From IMG/VR virus record IMGVR_UViG_2740892489_000001: a stretch of DNA of 49,169 nt; one strand, 5' to 3'. Shown piece after piece: positions 43,295 to 49,169 of this stretch. The number at the start of each line of letters is the position of its first letter. The stretch's first letter is position 1. The notes below the pieces were generated by a model that worked only from the letters and a program-made list of their open reading frames with translations, did not search any database and was not told the DNA's origin. The translations under genes were made by a program, and so were the position numbers. This stretch comes from a virus. Taxonomy: Duplodnaviria; Heunggongvirae; Uroviricota; Caudoviricetes.

Positions 43295-43893
43295 ATGCGT
43301 AAAGTTTGTGCAGCCATTTTGTCCGCAGCCATCTGTCTGGCCGTATCCGGTGCGCCTGCATGGGCGTCTGAGCAGCAGGCCACACTGAGCGCAGGGTATC
43401 TTCATGCCCGTACGAACGCTCCCGGCAGCGATAATCTGAACGGGATTAACGTGAAATACCGTTATGAGTTTACGGACACGCTGGGGCTGATTACGTCATT
43501 CAGTTATGCCAACGCTGAAGATGAGCAAAAACGCATTACAGCGATACCCGCTGGCATGAGGATTCCGTGCGTAATCGCTGGTTCAGCGTGATGGCGGGGC
43601 CGTCTGTGCGCGTGAATGAATGGTTCAGCGCGTATGCGATGGCGGGTATGGCTTACAGCCGTGTGTCGACTTTCTCCGGGGATTATATCCGCGTAACTGA
43701 CAACAAGGGGAAAACGCACGATGTGCTGACCGGAAGTGATGACGGTCGCCACAGCAACACGTCTCTGGCGTGGGGAGCTGGCGTGCAGTTTAACCTGACC
43801 GAATCGGTGGCCATTGATATTGCTTATGAAGGCTCCGGCAGTGGTGACTGGCGCACTGACGGTTTCATCGTGGGTGTCGGTTATAAATTCTGA
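43295..43893 (+). CDS. lom: Lom-family outer membrane protein; frame broken at A5 run 43527-43531
   Basis: Signal peptide MRKVCAAILSAAICLAVSGAPAWA; C-terminal ORF 43567..43893 (...SVMAGPSVRVNEWF...GVGYKF) joins with one extra A. Confidence 0.85.
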
Positions 43894-43920
43894 TTAGCCA
43901 GGTAACACAGTGTTATGACA

Positions 43921-43946
43921 GCCCGCCGGTTCAGGCGGGCTTTTTT
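43921..43946 (+). terminator. Rho-independent terminator after lom
   Basis: GCCCGCC-GGTTCAG-GCGGGC followed by T6. Confidence 0.65.
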
Positions 43947-43957
43947 GTGGGGTGAAT

Positions 43958-46900
43958 ATGGCAGTAAAGATTTCAGGTGTACTGAAAGACGGTGCAGGTA
44001 AACCGGTACAGAACTGCACAATCCAGCTGAAAGCAAAACGTAACAGCACCACGGTGGTGGTGAACACGCTGGCCTCAGAAAATCCGGATGAAGCCGGGCG
44101 TTACAGCATGGACGTTGAGTACGGGCAGTACAGCGTTATTCTGTTGGTGGAGGGATTCCCGCCGTCACATGCCGGGACCATCACCGTGTATGAAGATTCC
44201 CGACCCGGTACGCTGAATGATTTTCTCGGTGCCATGACGGAGGATGATGCCCGTCCTGAGGCACTGCGCCGTTTTGAACTGATGGTGGAAGAGGTGGCGC
44301 GTAACGCGTCCGCGGTGGCACAGAACACGGCAGCCGCGAAGAAGTCAGCCAGCGATGCCGGCACATCAGCCCGTGAGGCGGCAACCCATGCGACTGATGC
44401 TGCAGGCTCAGCACGCGCAGCCAGCACGTCAGCCGGACAGGCCGCTTCGTCGGCTCAGTCAGCGTCTTCCAGCGCAGGAACGGCATCAACAAAGGCCACT
44501 GAAGCATCGAAAAGTGCTGCTGCTGCAGAGTCCTCAAAAAGCGCGGCAGCTACCAGTGCCAGTGCCGCGAAAACGTCAGAAACGAATGCGGCAGCGTCAC
44601 AAAAATCTGCAGCCACTTCTGCATCCGCCGCGACCACGAAGGCGTCAGAAGCTGCCACCTCAGCCCGGGATGCGGCGGCCTCAAAAGAGGCAGCGAAATC
44701 ATCAGAAACGAACGCATCATCAAGCGCCAGTAGTGCCGCTTCCTCGGCAACGGCGGCAGGCAATTCCGCGAAGGCGGCAAAGACGTCTGAGACAAACGCC
44801 AGGTCTTCTGAAACGGCAGCGGGACAGAGCGCCTCGGCTGCGGCAGGCTCAAAAACAGCGGCTGCGTCGTCTGCCAGTGCCGCGTCAACAAGTGCCGGGC
44901 AGGCCTCAGCCAGTGCCACCGCCGCCGGAAAATCGGCAGAAAGTGCCGCATCGTCTGCTTCAACAGCCACAACGAAGGCTGGCGAAGCCACTGAACAGGC
45001 CAGCGCAGCAGCGAGGTCTGCTTCCGCAGCGAAGACATCCGAGACGAACGCGAAAGCGTCGGAAACCAGCGCAGAATCCTCAAAAACGGCTGCCGCATCG
45101 TCCGCCAGTTCGGCGGCGTCATCGGCATCATCGGCGTCTGCTTCAAAAGATGAGGCGACCAGACAGGCGTCAGCAGCGAAGGGCAGCGCCACGACGGCAT
45201 CCACGAAGGCGACAGAGGCAGCTGGCAGTGCGACGGCGGCAGCTCAGAGCAAAAGTACGGCGGAATCCGCGGCAACGCGCGCCGAGACAGCGGCAAAACG
45301 GGCAGAGGATATTGCATCCGCCGTGGCGCTTGAGGATGCGAGCACGACGAAAAAGGGGATAGTACAGCTCAGCAGTGCGACCAACAGTACGTCTGAAACG
45401 CTGGCGGCAACGCCAAAGGCAGTAAAAGCAGCCTATGACAATGCAGAGAAACGTCTGCAGAAAGACCAGAACGGTGCTGATATTCCCGACAAGGACCGCT
45501 TCCTGAGTAACATTAATGTTTACAGCAAAGGTGAAGTGGATCAGAAAAAGGGGATGCGATACGTTGTGGTAAATGCCCCGGCGGGTGTCCAGGAAGGTAA
45601 ATATTATCCGTTAGTGATAAAAAGGAATGACAGCCATCGGGCATCCCGCGTTGTCATTTCAACGCCAAGTCGCTCAGCTAATCACAGAATGAATAATTGT
45701 GAGTTTAATGGTTTTGTTTGCGCAGGCGGCTGGACGGACCGGGGTAGCTATGCCTGTGGTATGTTCTGGGCTTATTCAACATCGGAACGCGCTATTCATT
45801 CCATTCTGATGAGTAATAAAGGCGATACCGTAGACAGCGTATTCTATATAGAAGGTGGGGCATTTCCCGTAGAGGTCTTTTTAGAAGAAGGTCTCTCCGT
45901 TACTGCACCTGCTTCTGATTATATTGTTGCTGAAACGACTTATAAATTTGGCGCAACTGATCCTTATTCTGAATCAGTTGCGGTAAATTTAATTTTAGAT
46001 TTTAAACAAGGTAATGGATTTTATAGTTCGTATCCTGTTTTGAGTAAGTCAGACATTAGCGGGAATAAGATTTACGCTAATGATGAAGTTATTGTCCGTA
46101 GTCAGAACGCGTTAAGGATGATTGCAGGTGATTACGGTGTCATATGGCGAAATGATGGAGCAAATACTTACTTGCTCATGACTGATAAAGGCGACCAGTA
46201 CGGTGGCTGGAACGGTCTTCGACCATTTGCAGTAAATAACGCAACAGGTGAAGTGACGATCAATACACCACTTAATTCTCCTAAGGGGATTAAGGGAAAT
46301 TCTGATACAGCTACGAAACTTCAGACAGCAATAAAAATATCTGGTGTTTCGTTTGATGGTTCTACTGATATCACTTTAACCGCTGCGCATGTTGCTGCTT
46401 TTGCCAGAAGAGCAACGGATACGTATGCCGATGCGGATGGGGGCGTTCCATGGAATGCCGAATCAGGCGCTTACAATGTCACCCGCTCTGGCGACAGCTA
46501 TATTCTGGTTAACTTCTATACCGGAGTCGGAAGTTGCCGGACCTTGCAGATGAAGGCACATTACAGAAATGGAGGTCTGTTCTACCGTTCCTCAAGAGAT
46601 GGCTATGGTTTTGAGGAAGACTGGGCAGAAGTTTATACCTCGAAAAATCTTCCACCAGAAAGCTACCCAGTCGGCGCACCAATCCCGTGGCCATCAGATA
46701 CCGTTCCGTCTGGTTATGCCCTGATGCAGGGGCAGGCTTTTGACAAATCTGCATACCCGAAACTTGCAGCGGCTTATCCGTCAGGCGTGATCCCTGATAT
46801 GCGTGGCTGGACGATTAAGGGCAAACCTGCCAGTGGTCGGGCCGTATTGTCTCAGGAACAGGACGGCATTAAATCGCATACCCACAGCGCCAGCGCATCC

Positions 46901-47353
46901 AGTACGGATTTGGGGGCGAAAACCACATCGTCGTTTGATTACGGCACTAAATCCACGAATAACACTGGTGCGCATACCCATAGTTTAAGTGGCAGCACGA
47001 ATGCAGCTGGTAATCACAGCCATAGAGATGGCCGTCGATTTAACCCCAGTGTTTTTAAAGATACTTATCAATATGGTTATACAAGCTCAGGTCAAAATAC
47101 CTGGGGTGTACAAGGCTCAGTAGGTATGTCTACGGGGTGGTTAGCTAATACCAGTACAGATGGTAATCATAGCCACTCACTGTCCGGCACAGCAGCATCT
47201 GCAGGTGCACACGCGCATACTGTCGGTATTGGTGCTCATACGCACTCCGTTGCGATTGGTTCACATGGACACACCATCACCGTTAACGCTGCTGGTAACG
47301 CGGAAAACACCGTCAAAAACATCGCATTTAACTATATTGTGAGGCTTGCATAA
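43958..47353 (+). CDS. Side tail fibre protein (Stf-like)
   Basis: [28 protein letters not shown]-terminus, long Ala/Ser/Thr repeat region, His-rich C-terminus (HTHS, HSHS, HAHT). Confidence 0.85.
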   Translation: MAVKISGVLKDGAGKPVQNCTIQLKAKRNSTTVVVNTLASENPDEAGRYSMDVEYGQYSVILLVEGFPPSHAGTITVYEDSRPGTLNDFLGAMTEDDARPEALRRFELMVEEVARNASAVAQNTAAAKKSASDAGTSAREAATHATDAAGSARAASTSAGQAASSAQSASSSAGTASTKATEASKSAAAAESSKSAAATSASAAKTSETNAAASQKSAATSASAATTKASEAATSARDAAASKEAAKSSETNASSSASSAASSATAAGNSAKAAKTSETNARSSETAAGQSASAAAGSKTAAASSASAASTSAGQASASATAAGKSAESAASSASTATTKAGEATEQASAAARSASAAKTSETNAKASETSAESSKTAAASSASSAASSASSASASKDEATRQASAAKGSATTASTKATEAAGSATAAAQSKSTAESAATRAETAAKRAEDIASAVALEDASTTKKGIVQLSSATNSTSETLAATPKAVKAAYDNAEKRLQKDQNGADIPDKDRFLSNINVYSKGEVDQKKGMRYVVVNAPAGVQEGKYYPLVIKRNDSHRASRVVISTPSRSANHRMNNCEFNGFVCAGGWTDRGSYACGMFWAYSTSERAIHSILMSNKGDTVDSVFYIEGGAFPVEVFLEEGLSVTAPASDYIVAETTYKFGATDPYSESVAVNLILDFKQGNGFYSSYPVLSKSDISGNKIYANDEVIVRSQNALRMIAGDYGVIWRNDGANTYLLMTDKGDQYGGWNGLRPFAVNNATGEVTINTPLNSPKGIKGNSDTATKLQTAIKISGVSFDGSTDITLTAAHVAAFARRATDTYADADGGVPWNAESGAYNVTRSGDSYILVNFYTGVGSCRTLQMKAHYRNGGLFYRSSRDGYGFEEDWAEVYTSKNLPPESYPVGAPIPWPSDTVPSGYALMQGQAFDKSAYPKLAAAYPSGVIPDMRGWTIKGKPASGRAVLSQEQDGIKSHTHSASASSTDLGAKTTSSFDYGTKSTNNTGAHTHSLSGSTNAAGNHSHRDGRRFNPSVFKDTYQYGYTSSGQNTWGVQGSVGMSTGWLANTSTDGNHSHSLSGTAASAGAHAHTVGIGAHTHSVAIGSHGHTITVNAAGNAENTVKNIAFNYIVRLA

Positions 47354-47930
47354 TGGCATTCAGAATGAGTGAACAACCACGGACCATAAAAATTTATAAT
47401 CTGCTGGCCGGAACTAATGAATTTATTGGTGAAGGTGACGCATATATTCCGCCTCATACAGGTCTGCCAGCAAACAGTACCGATATTGCACCACCAGATA
47501 TTCCTGCTGGCTTTGTGGCTGTTTTCAACAGTGATGAGGCATCGTGGCATCTCGTTGAAGACCATCGGGGTAAAACGGTTTATGACGTAGCGTCAGGGGA
47601 CGAGTTATTTATTTCTGAACTCGGTCCGTTACCGGAAAATGTTACCTGGTTATCGCCGGAAGGGGAGTTTCAGAAGTGGAACGGCACAGCCTGGGTGAAG
47701 GATACGGAAGCAGAAAAAACTGTTCCGGATCCGGGAGGCGGAAGAAACAAAAAAACAACCTGATGCAGGTAGCCAGTGAGCATATTGCGCCGCTTCAGGA
47801 TGCTGCAGATCTGGAAATTGCAACGGAGGAAGAAATCTCGTTGCTGGAAGCATGGAAAAAGTATCGGGTATTGCTGAACCGTGTTGATACGTCAACTTCA
47901 CAGGATATTGAATGGCCAGCACTGCCGTAG
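47353..47930 (+). CDS. Tail fibre assembly protein (Tfa-like); frame broken at A6 47714-47719 and A7 47749-47755
   Basis: [37 protein letters not shown]... then C-terminal [21 protein letters not shown]... in ORF 47676..47930. Confidence 0.8.
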
Positions 47931-48028
47931 GGTAAAACATATAAATTCTATAATTAGATGTATCTTTCCATTTACGGCAAGGAAGGGGGCTTGGAAGACG
48001 TAAAGCATCTCACACCGAGATTATTTTT

Positions 48029-48619
48029 TTATATGTCAGGTGTCTGAAGTTTTGCTTTGGCTCTTAAAATGGTTTGCCGCGAGGTTTTGAATTCCCGGGC
48101 AATGGCACTTATACTTACACCTGACTTAATTCGTTCGAATACCACCTGTTTCTGTTCTTCATTTAACACAGGTGGTCGACCAAAACGTTTCCCTGCGCCG
48201 CGGGCTCTTACTATCCCGGAATGAGTGCGTTCAAGTAAAAGGTCTCGTTCAAATTCAGCGACTGCTGAAATTACTTGCATCATCATTTTTCCTGTTGGAC
48301 TGGTCAGGTCAATGCCCCCCAATGCTAAGCAATGCACTCTGATACCTGTTTCGGTCAGTTGTTCCACTGTTTTCCTGATATCCATTGCATTACAACCAAG
48401 GCGATCCAGTTTTGTCACAATCAATTGATCACCACATTTCAGGCGAGCAAGCAACCGGTTAAAACCAGGACGCTCACTGGTTGCTGCTGAGCCGCTAATG
48501 TGTTCTTCGATTATTTGCTGAGGTTTGATTTTAAAACCTGCACTTTCGATTTCCCGGCGTTGATTTTCGGTGGTCTGATCCAGCGTTGATATCCGACAGT
48601 AAGCAAAAATTCGAGACAT
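48029..48619 (-). CDS. pin: Serine recombinase, Pin/Gin/Hin-type DNA invertase
   Basis: [20 protein letters not shown] catalytic Ser motif and C-terminal HTH, 196 aa. Confidence 0.9.
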
Positions 48620-48935
48620 AGTGAGACTCTATACGAAATTGGTGTTCATATCATAATGCATCTCAGAAAATAATTATGATTATTTTTGTGCATATTTGTA
48701 TGTACACGTTCGAAAATAAACGAATGCGTATGCAACCCCGTAATTTTGGTGAGACCCAAAATCGATTTTGTGAAAAATGGCTTTAACTCGGTTTGTTTTT
48801 CGAGTTCCGGGCGGACTCAAGGAAGAAGAATAGTGTTGCGTGTTATTTTAACCAGATTTCAAGTTGTTTGGTCGTGGAAAAGTGGAGCAAAATGTTGTTA
48901 AAGTGGAAAAATGATAAAAAAGTAAGTTTATTATA

Positions 48936-49169
48936 TTACATTTTACCATTTAAATTTTGGTTGTCTTTAAGAACTGATATCGCTGTTTGTAATAATTCTT
49001 TGTTATCCAGCCATGATTTTTTCTTTATGTTTCCTTCAATGTAATCAAGCAATGTTCTGGTATTGATAGGTCTTCCCTGTTTTGCTACTTCCACTACAGC
49101 ATCCCCTAGGATAATTCTTACTTCAGGAAGCTGCGCAGGGAACCACTTTAGGGTGTCTTTTGATTTCAT
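48936..49169 (-). CDS. Small prophage protein (YnaE-like)
   Basis: 77-aa ORF whose ATG is the last three bases of the window. Confidence 0.45.
   Translation of the reverse strand: MKSKDTLKWFPAQLPEVRIILGDAVVEVAKQGRPINTRTLLDYIEGNIKKKSWLDNKELLQTAISVLKDNQNLNGKM

Noticed and set aside
44300-45350. Possible CRISPR-like or tandem repeat array
   Set aside because: Repeats are in-frame coding repeats of the tail fibre, with no spacer-repeat periodicity and no cas genes.
44101-45362. Several long ORFs on both strands (up to 335 aa) within the stf repeat region
   Set aside because: They overlap the Ala/Ser-rich repeat coding sequence; translations are low-complexity Arg/Pro/Ala strings typical of alternative frames of GC-rich repeats.
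48680-48710. Palindrome upstream of pin as an invertase crossover site
   Set aside because: Half-site orientation is reversed relative to gix/hix-type sites as I recall them; more likely an operator or coincidental.

Overview
The window is almost entirely a Rac-like lambdoid prophage of an Escherichia/Shigella-type genome, read from the integrase end. Gene order is int/xis, ydaC-ralR, recT-recE, racC-kilR, sieB, an immunity region (racR repressor with Cro-like and YdaT-like genes), replication genes (O-like with iterons, DnaC-like loader), an AT-rich accessory island, nin-like genes, tRNA-Thr and tRNA-Gly, a phage-21-type lysis cassette, trkG cargo, a ParB-like moron, terminase, portal, head genes, a lambda-like tail module (G/G-T, tape measure, M, L, K, I, J), lom, side tail fibre stf/tfa and a Pin invertase. 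The attachment site is not in the window and the prophage continues past the right edge. About 17 reading-frame breaks fall in A/T homopolymer runs, in both insertion and deletion directions and inside otherwise well-conserved genes; I read these as sequencing indel errors rather than gene decay, so several CDS coordinates are reconstructed across them. The most novel-looking content is the AT-rich island at about 11.75-15.7 kb: a Q-antiterminator paralog, a convergent ~2.5 kb gene block encoding an NdpA/YejK-like N-terminal region plus a multi-pass membrane C-terminus with no recognisable phage function, and a hok/sok locus. All protein identifications are from reading the translations and recalling families from memory; no database search was run.
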